From Candidatus Roizmanbacteria bacterium GW2011_GWA2_35_19 (GTDB taxonomy: Bacteria > Patescibacteriota > Microgenomatia > UBA1406 > GWC2-37-13): a stretch of DNA of 64,000 nucleotides. Where the stretch lies: positions 6,182 through 70,181 of the forward strand of contig LBQC01000002.1 in assembly GCA_000990565.1 (NCBI GenBank), read 5' to 3'. The stretch's first letter is position 1. Each line of letters starts with the position of its first letter. The notes below the pieces were generated by a model. The model was not told the origin of the DNA. It worked only from the letters and a program-made list of their open reading frames with translations, and did not search any database. Below are positions 55,101 to 64,000 of the stretch, one piece after another. A program made the position numbers and the translations under genes.

Positions 55101-58100
55101 TTTTGTGCCTAATGGTGGATCAGCCACTTGTACAATCACAAATGATGACATTGCTCCAACTTTGAAGCTGGTTAAATTAGTAACTACTGATAATGGCGGT
55201 TCTGCAGTCGCTCATGATTGGACATTGACCGCATCAGGAAGCGCCGGATTTTCCGATTTTGGAGATGCATCAACTTTTCACGAAGTACTTGCAAATGAGT
55301 CATATGTTCTTTCTGAATCAACAGTCCCTGGTTATGAAGCTGGAAGTTGGGATTGTACCAATGCCGGTCTTCAGGGAAATGTTGTCTTACTTGGGTTAGA
55401 TGAGCAAGTTACATGCACAATCACAAATGACGATATTCAACCAATGCTTACTGTCACTAAAGTAGTTATTAATGACAACGGTGGAACAAAAGTAGTTTCT
55501 GATTTCCCATTATTTGTAGATTCAACTAGTGTGACATCGGGAGTTCAAAATGGTTTTAATGCTGGTAATTATGTCATAAGCGAAACTGGCTTGGACGGAT
55601 ATTCTGAATCAATCTCAGGTGACTGCGACGCTCAAGGGAATGTCACTTTAGGATTAGGAGACACAAAGTCATGTACAATCACAAATGATGATGACAGACC
55701 TTCTCTAACCCTTAACAAAGTAGTTGTTAACAACAACGGTGGGACAACTGATGAAAGTGCCTGGACATTAACTGCAACTGGTACAGGAGATACTCCAACT
55801 AATCTATCAGGTCAAGGAGCATCAGGTTCAGCCGATGTTGTCTCTGGAACCTCCTTTAAAGCCGATACCTATACCTTAGATGAATCTGGTCCTTTAAATT
55901 ACACAGAGTCCTCATGGAGCTGTGTTAAAAACGGAGGAGATCCAGTTACAGGTTCAACAATCACGCTTAGCCTAGGTGATTCAGCTGTCTGTACAATCAC
56001 AAATGATGATGACGCACCGACTCTGACACTGGTAAAAGAAGTTGTTGGTGGAACAAGTGTTGCTTCTGACTGGACTCTTACCGCAACAGGTGCAACGGGA
56101 TTTAGTGGATTTGGACCAACTGTCAATAATGGTGACTCGTTTGATTCGGGATCTTATGATCTTTCTGAATCCGGACCATCAGATTATACCGCTAGTGATT
56201 GGGTGTGCGTAGGTGGGAATCAGACAGATGGAGACACAGTAGAGATTAGTCTTGGAGAAGATGTAACCTGTACAATAACAAATACTCGCGATACAGGTGC
56301 TTTAGAAGTAAATAAACAAATTGATTCTGATGGAGACGGAATATTTGAAGGTGGTAATACTGAAGCTAATAGCTTAGGTTTTGTTTGGGGGTTAGATAGT
56401 CAAACTCCAGCTCGGGCAATGGGTTCTACCGCATCGTCTTTAGACACAGGCTCGTATGATGTTGATGAAAACAATGATGTAGCAAATTATCATTTTGTGG
56501 GATGGTTTTATAATGATAGTGATTATTCTTGTGAAGAACCTGAAGAGACGGAGTTGCCAGCTTCAGTCAATGTATTCAAAGACACAACAACCTCAATAAC
56601 TCTATGCAATGCCCGTGATATCGGAATAATTACCGTTGACAAAATTACTGATCCAAGCGAGGCTCCAGATGAGTTTACTATTAACCTAAATCAAGGTTTA
56701 GCTGGGGATCCAACTCTAATAAAAAGCTCGGTATTAGCAGATCAAACAACACCTGATTCATATGCTATTCCAACGGGTGAGTACTGGTTTGAAGAACTTG
56801 TAAAAACAGGTTGGGATCTTACAGATGCTAATTGTGTTGTCAATGAAGATATAGAAAATAATTTTGATCCAAGAGCGGACTCTTTCAATCTAACAACAGA
56901 TACTAATCTTGATTGTACATTTACCAATACTCAAAGAGGAAAAATAATTGTTACAAAATATCAAGATAACGATGGAGACGGCATAAAGGATGAAGATGAG
57001 GCTACTCTTGAGGGATGGGACATGCACTTAAGTCAGGGCGAGGGCTTTAGTGCAAATGAAACTACAGATACTCTAGGAAATGCCACCTTTAACAATCTTC
57101 TAATTGGATCATATGTACTAAGTGAACAGGAACGAGAAGGGTGGTCTCTAACAAATATTAGCTGTTTATCTGATGAGAGTCGCGGTTTAGACACAAGTAA
57201 TGAACATTCAGTGACTGTAGCAGCCGGTGAAAATATAACCTGTGAAATTGGTAACCTGCCGGATAACTCAGAGCTTCAGATTTCAAAATCAAATGACGGA
57301 GTAGATAAATCACCCGGTGGGACTGTTATCTACACAATTAAAATAAAAGCTTTAAATAATAAAGTATTGGGTGTTAAAGTCAAGGATTTGCTTCCAAAAG
57401 GTTTTAGTTTCCAAAATGTCATTTCCATAATTCGAAATGGAGTTGATGATATTACCGCTTTAGTTGGCGATCCCCTTTATGCCTCTCCTGGAACGTATAA
57501 TTTAGGAGACATGGACGCTGACGATGAAGTAATCATTAAATACCAAACTAAAATCGACGGCTCACAGGAATTTGGACTTTATAAAGATGCGGCTTGGGCA
57601 GTCGGGACAAGCGAAACAGATAGTCGAGTTTTGGCACTAGCTCAACCCGAAGGATTTGTGTCAACTAATTTTGTGGGAACTGGGGTACGAGTCAATGGAA
57701 ATCTAACTGAAAGTGGAAATGTAGATGTAGAAGGCGAAGTACTCGGTGCCTCAACTTACTTACCAGCAACAGGTGCTAATTCATTCTGGATCTATTTTGG
57801 ATCAATTATGGCCTTCTTAGGGATATTAATAATTGCAGGAGCTTTTATGATAAGAAAAACAAAGATATTATTAACGACATTGTTAGTTGGTGGCTTAGTT
57901 ACTTGGTTAGTTGGCTCAAGTCCAGTGATGGCTTCTGATCTTACAATCAGACTTTCTGAGCCAAAGACACCTACAAAAATAAATAACTTTAAAATTGACT
58001 TTGTTACACTTGATCTGTCAGAATCGGGCAACCCAATCACTGTAAAATGTTTTTATAAGAAAAATTTGGCAGATGCTTGGACTCAATATGGATCAGATAT

Positions 58101-58851
58101 TGCGGTCACAGCCCCTGGGAACAGTGGTAGCTGTCAAGAAGTATCATCTTTTGTAAACACTAGTGGTTCAACTTATTATTTCAAGTCTACTGCTTCAAAT
58201 GGAGTAGTGTCAGATGACTCTGAAACTCAAGGATTAGTATCGGTCGGTTATGATGATCGCGATCCAACAGTCCCAACTAACTATAAAAAAGAAAAAATCA
58301 GCTCTTGTCAATATAAAGTAACCTTCAAGACTGCAGATGATGGTATGACTTCACGAGTTGAAGTTTATAGATCTGAAACAACTTCAATTGTGCTTGATGG
58401 ATCAACCCGGGTTGGAGATATCACAATCGCCCCAAATACCGAAGGATCATTCACAGAATCAGTACCTGACTGTAATAAGACTTATTACTACATAATCCGA
58501 GCCTTTAATGTGGCTGGAAATGCGTCAGGGCCAATAGGTGATAGTGTGACCGTTGTTTCGGGCACAACTACTACCACAGAACAGGGAGCAATCTCGGTCT
58601 CGGTCGGTACTTTGGCCGGCGAGACAGGCGGATCAGTGCTTGGAGAGGGGACTGCCGAAGGCGAGATTAAGGGCGAGGCCTCAGGATCAGGAAAACCAGA
58701 AGTAATCAATGTAAAAGGCTCAATGACTCAAAAAGTAGTTGACTTTGTCACCAAAAAGAAAAAACTAACTCTCCTTATAGTTGCACTTGTAGCCGCTTTC
58801 GGGTACGCTGTATATTATGTCTTCAAAAAGAGAAAAGACAAGATTGTCTAA
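52168..58851 (+). CDS. Giant surface protein with Pro/Thr linkers, repeated Ig/prealbumin-like domains and an internal LPATG-TM signal; 5' end missing; possibly two fused genes
   Basis: The frame is open from 52168. It has repeated CTITNDD..LxVxKxV.ND.GG domains, LPATG at 57760-57774 followed by a TM helix, a second signal-like segment from ATG 57847, and a terminal TM helix with a basic tail. Confidence 0.85.
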   Translation, partial: YNQREIAEITSSVEITPTDEPTPTQEISVEPTQEVTPTVEVLPTIEVTIEPTVESTPIPTETPVIVPEVTTEVSPTIVVETPLQSVQDTTPAPNPLEVTNSPSPPQPSPTEVITTHLVNGVVETALVESYSCRADSLNGCLVTDKPDYAPTDVAVITGHGFSANTSYTLRVLSSDQPAVDSEYQITTDVNGSFTYSYQLDGNYRPNYLVELKDSFGFVVASVTFTDTASSSILATTVGNYDQWTANSGTKETAVSANDGDTTYITNSTNAQRQSFVFSNAGVPAGATINSVTLYAIAKEGEGGSKLKLLVEKGTLVTDRSLGSDNNLTGSYVAYSRAMTTNPFTGVAWSLAEVNGWTVKFGVENGANKIARVSQLYLIIDYTEAGPTTTPTNTPIPTSTPTNTPTPTVTPTPTSASTPTPTISSTPSGVQTAIGSCVEDAYGSNLNCTANDVSIANVTGITVTDDCDFPGDTATFTATWNVQSTATERYNIGLYFASQGQTSAMNGTCSVSTLANSPVPPNYNFDGNACGDISSSAMVNPVITMTVQCDDPDGDNVLNLPYCTSWNQNSGENISCSVPGDAIPGAPSKCNCQDGFELPIVVPFEAKIEVKKTLSPTDDPGRFNLQVNGSDEVSCVGNNGTTGQVTVGAGTSSSPGATHSVGETACTSPATDLSDYNSSIICVDRGLSTFDGGAALTQSGTGPLNVDVDKDDDIVCTITNTQKQGTLIVKKVVVNDNGGTKTASDFTFSVNGDTAVAFEADGQNDLTVDSGNYTVIEPAVSGYVTTYDNCTDVAVSPGGSATCTITNDDIQPMLTVTKVVINDNGGTASDSAWTLTATGTLVSPTNLSGTTPVDSDSTFKADTYTLAETGGPIGYTASSWVCVGGTQNGDEITVNIGDDITCTITNDDQTGRLVVKKILVNDDGGNKDFEDFSYKVNGGSSVLFDTDGQNESTVDSGNYTIVEDPETGYATTYDNCDSVFVPNGGSATCTITNDDIAPTLKLVKLVTTDNGGSAVAHDWTLTASGSAGFSDFGDASTFHEVLANESYVLSESTVPGYEAGSWDCTNAGLQGNVVLLGLDEQVTCTITNDDIQPMLTVTKVVINDNGGTKVVSDFPLFVDSTSVTSGVQNGFNAGNYVISETGLDGYSESISGDCDAQGNVTLGLGDTKSCTITNDDDRPSLTLNKVVVNNNGGTTDESAWTLTATGTGDTPTNLSGQGASGSADVVSGTSFKADTYTLDESGPLNYTESSWSCVKNGGDPVTGSTITLSLGDSAVCTITNDDDAPTLTLVKEVVGGTSVASDWTLTATGATGFSGFGPTVNNGDSFDSGSYDLSESGPSDYTASDWVCVGGNQTDGDTVEISLGEDVTCTITNTRDTGALEVNKQIDSDGDGIFEGGNTEANSLGFVWGLDSQTPARAMGSTASSLDTGSYDVDENNDVANYHFVGWFYNDSDYSCEEPEETELPASVNVFKDTTTSITLCNARDIGIITVDKITDPSEAPDEFTINLNQGLAGDPTLIKSSVLADQTTPDSYAIPTGEYWFEELVKTGWDLTDANCVVNEDIENNFDPRADSFNLTTDTNLDCTFTNTQRGKIIVTKYQDNDGDGIKDEDEATLEGWDMHLSQGEGFSANETTDTLGNATFNNLLIGSYVLSEQEREGWSLTNISCLSDESRGLDTSNEHSVTVAAGENITCEIGNLPDNSELQISKSNDGVDKSPGGTVIYTIKIKALNNKVLGVKVKDLLPKGFSFQNVISIIRNGVDDITALVGDPLYASPGTYNLGDMDADDEVIIKYQTKIDGSQEFGLYKDAAWAVGTSETDSRVLALAQPEGFVSTNFVGTGVRVNGNLTESGNVDVEGEVLGASTYLPATGANSFWIYFGSIMAFLGILIIAGAFMIRKTKILLTTLLVGGLVTWLVGSSPVMASDLTIRLSEPKTPTKINNFKIDFVTLDLSESGNPITVKCFYKKNLADAWTQYGSDIAVTAPGNSGSCQEVSSFVNTSGSTYYFKSTASNGVVSDDSETQGLVSVGYDDRDPTVPTNYKKEKISSCQYKVTFKTADDGMTSRVEVYRSETTSIVLDGSTRVGDITIAPNTEGSFTESVPDCNKTYYYIIRAFNVAGNASGPIGDSVTVVSGTTTTTEQGAISVSVGTLAGETGGSVLGEGTAEGEIKGEASGSGKPEVINVKGSMTQKVVDFVTKKKKLTLLIVALVAAFGYAVYYVFKKRKDKIV

Positions 58852-59452
58852 AGAAAATCGCTTTTTCAAGCCACTTTTAATTGCAGGGGTTGCTATGGTC
58901 TTTGTTTCTTTTGTAATTTTAAGTTTAACTTTTTATCGCGTCCTATTCGAGGAAACGAGATACTCCCTAAAAAAATTCCAGCGTAATGTTACAGTGATAA
59001 AGCTGGTTGACCGGGAGTTTGGGATCGTCATACCCAAGATCTCAGCTAATGCAAGAGTAATTAGCAATGTTGACCCATTTGACTCTAAAAAATATCAAGT
59101 CGCACTAACCAAAGGAGTAGCTCACGCATTAGGCTCAGGCTACCCAGGAAATGCCGGAAATACCTTCATTTTTGCCCATTCCAGCCGCGATTGGTACACA
59201 GCTAACCAGTATAACTCCGTTTTCTATTTGCTCTATAAACTTGAAAAAGGGGATAAGATTGAGATGTACTACAAAAATAAAAGATATATTTATGAAGTTA
59301 CCGTTAAAAAATTTGTGGAAGCTAGTGAAGTTTCATATCTAAATTCTTTTGCGACTGAAAATACCTCGATTTTGACCCTTATGACTTGTTGGCCTCCAGG
59401 CACGACTTTAAAAAGACTGATAATTCAGGCAAGAATTTCGGATACAAATTAA
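58817..59452 (+). CDS. Sortase
   Basis: IVIPKI, GVAH, GNTFIFAHS and LTLMTCWPPG..KRLI catalytic motifs. Confidence 0.93.
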   Translation: MSSKREKTRLSKENRFFKPLLIAGVAMVFVSFVILSLTFYRVLFEETRYSLKKFQRNVTVIKLVDREFGIVIPKISANARVISNVDPFDSKKYQVALTKGVAHALGSGYPGNAGNTFIFAHSSRDWYTANQYNSVFYLLYKLEKGDKIEMYYKNKRYIYEVTVKKFVEASEVSYLNSFATENTSILTLMTCWPPGTTLKRLIIQARISDTN

Positions 59453-59483
59453 TATAGTTTTTTTTAAAAAGTTATAGGATTTT

Positions 59484-59741
59484 TTAAGTACTACTTACCT
59501 TCGCAGTTTCAGCTGCTTGGCAATGATGGGCTAATCCAAGGCAACCTACACAATAACCCGATGAAATTCTTCCTAAATAGCACGTAATCCAAGTACCCTC
59601 GGGAATTGGACAACTTTTCATACCAGTATCAACCTCAGTTGATGTGGCGCCGTCACGGGATTCAAGTATTAGAGATTCAGTACCTCCAGATCCAGGTTTT
59701 CTAGTACGCTTTTGTGCAACTTTCACTGTTTCCATCTTCAA
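59484..59741 (-). CDS. Small Cys-containing hypothetical protein
   Basis: 85-aa ORF with five Cys; TATAAT lies 6 nt before the in-frame ATG (MET...). Confidence 0.45.
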   Translation of the reverse strand: MKMETVKVAQKRTRKPGSGGTESLILESRDGATSTEVDTGMKSCPIPEGTWITCYLGRISSGYCVGCLGLAHHCQAAETAKVSST

Positions 59742-59777
59742 ATTATATCAGTTTATATTGATTTGACAATATATTAT

Positions 59778-60854
59778 TTATTTTCCTACAAAAAGAAGGG
59801 CATTGGGGAGAGCGCGGCCGGGGCCGGCCTTATAGCCACCAGACCATAGGGCAGTCGATCCACCATTGTCAAGGTTTAGCGCGTTTTGGATGCCCATAGT
59901 CTTGATTACGTGGGCGGCTTCAGCAACGGTCGCATTAAAGACAACTCCAATATAGGCAGTTGACCCTGAGGCGCCAACGAAGCTACGATTTCCCTTACTT
60001 CCTCTCTTTGGTTCACCATCTCCGTTAAATACAATATTTCCGCCTGATACAAGGAGCGGTTGCATAGCAAGTACGGCATCGACGCTTGTGTCTCTTCCCC
60101 ATTCAAGCGATTGGGCGACGAATCGGGCAGAATTGCCAGTGAAAATGACGGCGGGGACAGTACTATAGACGTTATTGTCAGAGTTAAAGTACTTTTTATT
60201 TTTATTCATGGCTAAAGTGTCATAAGAATTCTTTTTATCAGAACAGGATGGGTAATCAGCTGGACAAAAATATGAGCCATTAATGCCAGCGAAAGCTCCT
60301 GAGCGAGATACATAGTCACCAAGGCTTAAAACTGGGCAATCATTCTTACAATCTTCATCAGAAGCAGTGTCGACAATTACACGGGTAGAATTAAGGTCGG
60401 CAGCAACTATTCCAACCAAGAAGTCGCCAACATCGGACTTTACGACCTGACTTGAGTATCCGGCGCCAGGAGGGGTATTATTTTCCGGGACATTGGCAGG
60501 TATTTGAAATGAAGCTAGAATTTTTTGCTTTTCAGCCGTTATTTCCCTCTCAAAAGTTATTAAGTCAGCCTCGGCGGATGAGTAATTCCGCTTTGAAAGG
60601 AGAGTGAGAATATCGGCGTAAGCTGAATCGAATTTCTCCGTCTTTTTAGTAATTACTTTTAGGTCAAGAAGTTTTTCATAGGCAATAGAATTTAGAGTTT
60701 TTTCAGTTTTGGCTTTAATTTGATTAAGCGAAGAGATCTCGGAAGAAGTTTTCTTGTAATAAGAAAAGCCGACGTAACAAGCTGAACCTATCAATACCAG
60801 AGTAATGAGCATTCTAACAGCAAGTAATACTTTTTGTTGCGTCTTTTTAGGCAT
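59778..60854 (-). CDS. Phosphodiester glycosidase (NAGPA/DUF2233) family exported protein
   Basis: TM anchor, AGINGSYF, NRSFVG and ALNLDNGGSTAL motifs. Confidence 0.85.
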   Translation of the reverse strand: MPKKTQQKVLLAVRMLITLVLIGSACYVGFSYYKKTSSEISSLNQIKAKTEKTLNSIAYEKLLDLKVITKKTEKFDSAYADILTLLSKRNYSSAEADLITFEREITAEKQKILASFQIPANVPENNTPPGAGYSSQVVKSDVGDFLVGIVAADLNSTRVIVDTASDEDCKNDCPVLSLGDYVSRSGAFAGINGSYFCPADYPSCSDKKNSYDTLAMNKNKKYFNSDNNVYSTVPAVIFTGNSARFVAQSLEWGRDTSVDAVLAMQPLLVSGGNIVFNGDGEPKRGSKGNRSFVGASGSTAYIGVVFNATVAEAAHVIKTMGIQNALNLDNGGSTALWSGGYKAGPGRALPNALLFVGK

Positions 60855-60903
60855 AAATTCAGTTTAACAGATTGCTTATTACTTTGGTTTAAATTTAATC
60901 TTT

Positions 60904-63594
60904 TCATATTCTATTTAAGAGGTTTTTTAAAGACCCAATTAGTATCTCTTTATAAGAATTTTGATTATTATCAAGAGTTTCATAGATTTTGATTTTTTCA
61001 TCGATTATTTCAAAATAAATCAATTTCTCATCAAAATTTGTATTTTTGTCTTTAAGTTTTAAAAATTTACTTTGTTCCTTCAAAAATTCACTTTTTATGC
61101 GATTTATATCTTTTTCTAAATTCTTTGCATTATTTTCAAAAACAATCATTTTTGAATAAATATTCTCCAATTTCTCAAGTCCGGTAAAATCCCCAATTTT
61201 CACTAATTCTTTATTAATTGCATAAAATAAATGTTTATGATCTTTTACATTAGTTTTGTGAATTTTACCAATGTTTTTAATAATTTGAGTATTTTTTTTG
61301 TAATTATATGATTTCAAATATAAAACAAGTTCATTGATAAGTTTACCAGGATCTGATTTATCAACAAAATATTTAAATGGATTTATACTATCGAAGTATA
61401 TTTTATATGAGTCAGTCTGGAGCGACGGAATTAAGCTGTTGATTTCTCCATAAATCGTATTCCAAGAATCATTATTTTGTCCAACTTGGCCAATTACAAC
61501 TTCGTAATACCCATTATATATCCCGATGACTTTTAACTTATATTCACCCGACCCTGCATTTGGAATATATATTATGCCGTCGGATTCCTTAAATACCCTA
61601 TTATCATATTCAACTTCTATTTTGCCAGGAGACTTAATTAAAAATATAATTGAGGGCGTTATGACGGTTCCTGACCCTTCAACTATTTGGTCATCATGAA
61701 AGACAATCCCAAGCCCATTTAATATTTCTTTTATGCCAAAAGTTTTATATATTAATTCTCCGTGGCTTAAATTCAGTTTTCGGACATTTTGAAGTGAAGC
61801 GCTTTCGGAAAGGACGGTATAATCACCTATGTCGTGATATTCAGAGATAGGGCGTCCGTCGGGATAATTTCCTAAAACTTTATCAAGCATGTTTTGAGGC
61901 ATGACAGTAAAACCTTTTAGTGTATTGCCTCTTTCGCCAACGATTGACTGAATATTAGAGGAATTTGAATTCGCGTACTTGAGGAGTGTTAAATTTTTTA
62001 TATTCATATCATTTACGTTTATTAGTTCTCCTTGGCTTTTGAGAAAATCATATGTTGGGAAAAGATCAATTAATATAGGAAATAATCTATATAACAACTG
62101 CTTATCAGACTCAAGATTTTTCCTATTGAGATTCAGTAAGAGTTTTGCCGAAAGCCAAAGGGAATTATCAGATTTTTCTAATTCCCCCGCCTCAACTAGT
62201 TTGTACATTGCGGCGACTCCTTTATGAGGTGATCCGACTGTTATTATTTTTTCGATATTATTAGGGTTAAATTCTTGGTCGTAAATTCGTGCAATTAGAC
62301 CACCTAGGGAATGACCGACAATATTAAATTGTTGATTGTTAATTGATAATTGTTGAATATAATTGTTGAGATCATTAATAAGTTGTGATAAAGGTTTTCT
62401 CCAATCATAGGCAAAAATAAACAAATCTTTATTGATTTGATATCCTAAATTTTCGTATGTTTTAATGAGGCCTTCGTACTCTTTTACAAACGTAGCTATT
62501 TTCCAAGCGCTTCGGGGAACAATTTGATTATGTAATAGTGCTTCTTTATTCCATGAAGCTAAGAATCCTGGTAAGAGAACGATTGGAATTCGGTCGACGG
62601 GACTTGGAGTAGCGGTTGGAAATAAAGTAATAGTTGGGGTAATTATGATAGGTAAAGTCGGAATAATGGTAGGAGTCGGAGTATATGTTGGTGAAGGCGC
62701 CGATGTAGGTGAAATTTCAGAGTTAAAAGCAAGATTTAGGTGCCATATATTGTCGCTTCCTAGTCCTGTGTAATACAGCAGTTGCTGGTCTCCATTATTT
62801 ATAATTGAAGGAAAAATTATATGTCTTTGATCGTAAGTAGTCGACTTAGTGACGATGTAACCTAGGTTATTAAATATCGAATCACAAGTTAAAGGAAGTG
62901 TGGCTGCGAGCTTTTGGATCCCTGTCGAATTTGATTGGTGGGCATAGATATTTATGTTAGTAGCGTCAATATCTATAAATGCACCGTCTAAGCCAGTTAA
63001 TACAAAATTCGGGCATTTTTGCCAATCTCCAAAATGATCTGAGTGTGCGAGATAAGTGCTAAACCCATTATTTCCCCAACTTCCATAAAATAAAAAATAA
63101 TGACCATTAATTCTTCTTATAAAAGGTGCAAAGTGACCATGGTTTTCATTTAGGTTATTTATATTCGGGTCAAGAAGTAGCTGAGGTGGATCGCAGATAA
63201 ATTCATCGTTGCAATTTATTGAATATATCTTGTAAAAGTCTACCGATTCCCTTTGTGCGTATAAAATTTTTGTCTCAGCTCCATCAATAAATAAACGTGG
63301 GTTAGATATATCTTTATCGCTTGCAATGATTTCTTTAATTAATTTAAAGGAAAAACCATCAATGGATTCGATTAAAACAAGTGAATATCTATCTGTTGGA
63401 GCTTTTTTAGCCGTAAGAATACCACGATAAATATTTCCGTCTTTATAAATATGCGCCTGAAGGAGCGATTGATAACCAAAATCATAGGTGATGGGAAGAG
63501 GATTGCCCGGAAATTTTATATATTCAAAAGCAAATATATTTTTAGTTACAAAGAAACAAGTAATTATAAGTAAATAACGAATGATTTTTTTCAC
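60904..63594 (-). CDS. Secreted protein with glycoside-hydrolase-like beta-propeller, Pro/Thr linker and alpha/beta hydrolase (LCAT/PGAP1-like) domain
   Basis: Signal peptide, KFPGNP propeller start, PIVLLPG, FAYDWR, VGHSLGG and GSPHKG motifs. Confidence 0.8.
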   Translation of the reverse strand: MKKIIRYLLIITCFFVTKNIFAFEYIKFPGNPLPITYDFGYQSLLQAHIYKDGNIYRGILTAKKAPTDRYSLVLIESIDGFSFKLIKEIIASDKDISNPRLFIDGAETKILYAQRESVDFYKIYSINCNDEFICDPPQLLLDPNINNLNENHGHFAPFIRRINGHYFLFYGSWGNNGFSTYLAHSDHFGDWQKCPNFVLTGLDGAFIDIDATNINIYAHQSNSTGIQKLAATLPLTCDSIFNNLGYIVTKSTTYDQRHIIFPSIINNGDQQLLYYTGLGSDNIWHLNLAFNSEISPTSAPSPTYTPTPTIIPTLPIIITPTITLFPTATPSPVDRIPIVLLPGFLASWNKEALLHNQIVPRSAWKIATFVKEYEGLIKTYENLGYQINKDLFIFAYDWRKPLSQLINDLNNYIQQLSINNQQFNIVGHSLGGLIARIYDQEFNPNNIEKIITVGSPHKGVAAMYKLVEAGELEKSDNSLWLSAKLLLNLNRKNLESDKQLLYRLFPILIDLFPTYDFLKSQGELINVNDMNIKNLTLLKYANSNSSNIQSIVGERGNTLKGFTVMPQNMLDKVLGNYPDGRPISEYHDIGDYTVLSESASLQNVRKLNLSHGELIYKTFGIKEILNGLGIVFHDDQIVEGSGTVITPSIIFLIKSPGKIEVEYDNRVFKESDGIIYIPNAGSGEYKLKVIGIYNGYYEVVIGQVGQNNDSWNTIYGEINSLIPSLQTDSYKIYFDSINPFKYFVDKSDPGKLINELVLYLKSYNYKKNTQIIKNIGKIHKTNVKDHKHLFYAINKELVKIGDFTGLEKLENIYSKMIVFENNAKNLEKDINRIKSEFLKEQSKFLKLKDKNTNFDEKLIYFEIIDEKIKIYETLDNNQNSYKEILIGSLKNLLNRI

Positions 63595-63636
63595 TTTAAA
63601 GACTTTATAGGCTTTATAAACTTACTTGTCTATGGA

Positions 63637-64000
63637 CTATTTGCTACAAAGCGTGGGTTTCGGAGCTATTGGAAGCCTAATATTTGCTGATATACACCAT
63701 GCTTTTATAAAGCTAAACCATAATGCAAAACCAGTAATGTTTTGAATTATTTTAATGTAACCAGGGAAAATGTCAGTATTTGGAAAAGCAACCCATGCAA
63801 TGTAATGCGAGAGTAGGTAAATTGTTGATTGAATAATAATGGACAAGGAAAGCTTAGAATTTGTGATTATTAAAAATGGAATAATCCATGATAAATATTG
63901 GATTGAAAATCCGGATGTAAAGGAAAAAAAGAACAAAAAAGAAATTAAGAATTTTTGGAATATATTTTTATTATTATATTTTAGAATAAATAGGGTAAAA
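63637..64000 (-). CDS. C-terminal part of a polytopic membrane protein (GT-C glycosyltransferase-like), truncated by the window edge
   Basis: FFFSFTSGFSIQYLSWIIPF motif followed by TM helices. Confidence 0.55.
   Translation of the reverse strand, partial: FTLFILKYNNKNIFQKFLISFLFFFSFTSGFSIQYLSWIIPFLIITNSKLSLSIIIQSTIYLLSHYIAWVAFPNTDIFPGYIKIIQNITGFALWFSFIKAWCISANIRLPIAPKPTLCSK

Noticed and set aside
54571-55487. Diversity-generating retroelement template/variable repeat pair
   Set aside because: The copies are identical with no adenine-specific differences, and no reverse transcriptase is present. The 115-bp intergenic copies also lack A-biased mismatches.
1-64000. Alternative genetic code (TGA read as Gly or Trp)
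   Set aside because: Conserved genes are full length under code 11 and several end in TGA (mraZ, rsmH, ftsI, mraY, rpmA).

Overview
This is an AT-rich bacterial chromosome segment. The gene content and style (reduced dcw cluster, archaeal-type AMP phosphorylase, PaaX/Cas2-like gene, GxVLG surface proteins, near-leaderless genes) point to Patescibacteria/CPR, probably Microgenomates; this is inferred from the sequence, not searched. The housekeeping backbone is trpR, a class A PBP, metG, rpsO, pnp, ftsK, mltG, murJ, the mraZ-to-ftsZ division and cell-wall cluster (with a MurC-MurB fusion), ileS, rodA, rplU, rpmA and lepB. Accessory parts are a RAYT transposase, an NHL-repeat protein, a 5.8-kb block bounded by a direct repeat, and a giant sortase-linked surface protein. 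The most unusual signal is a set of small palindromic elements that nest inside one another, sit in frame inside essential genes, and interrupt tRNA genes. At 51710-52065 an intact tRNA-Val(CAC) lies inside a palindromic insert that interrupts a second tRNA-Val(CAC), followed by a third interrupted remnant. Two single genes (RAYT and the PaaX/Cas2-like gene) are each bracketed by their own palindrome pair. I also see a TrpR operator plus a Trp-leader attenuator, a cobalamin riboswitch, and a divergent class II nucleotidyltransferase-like giant protein. Several essential genes carry short internal deletions that are most likely assembly artefacts.
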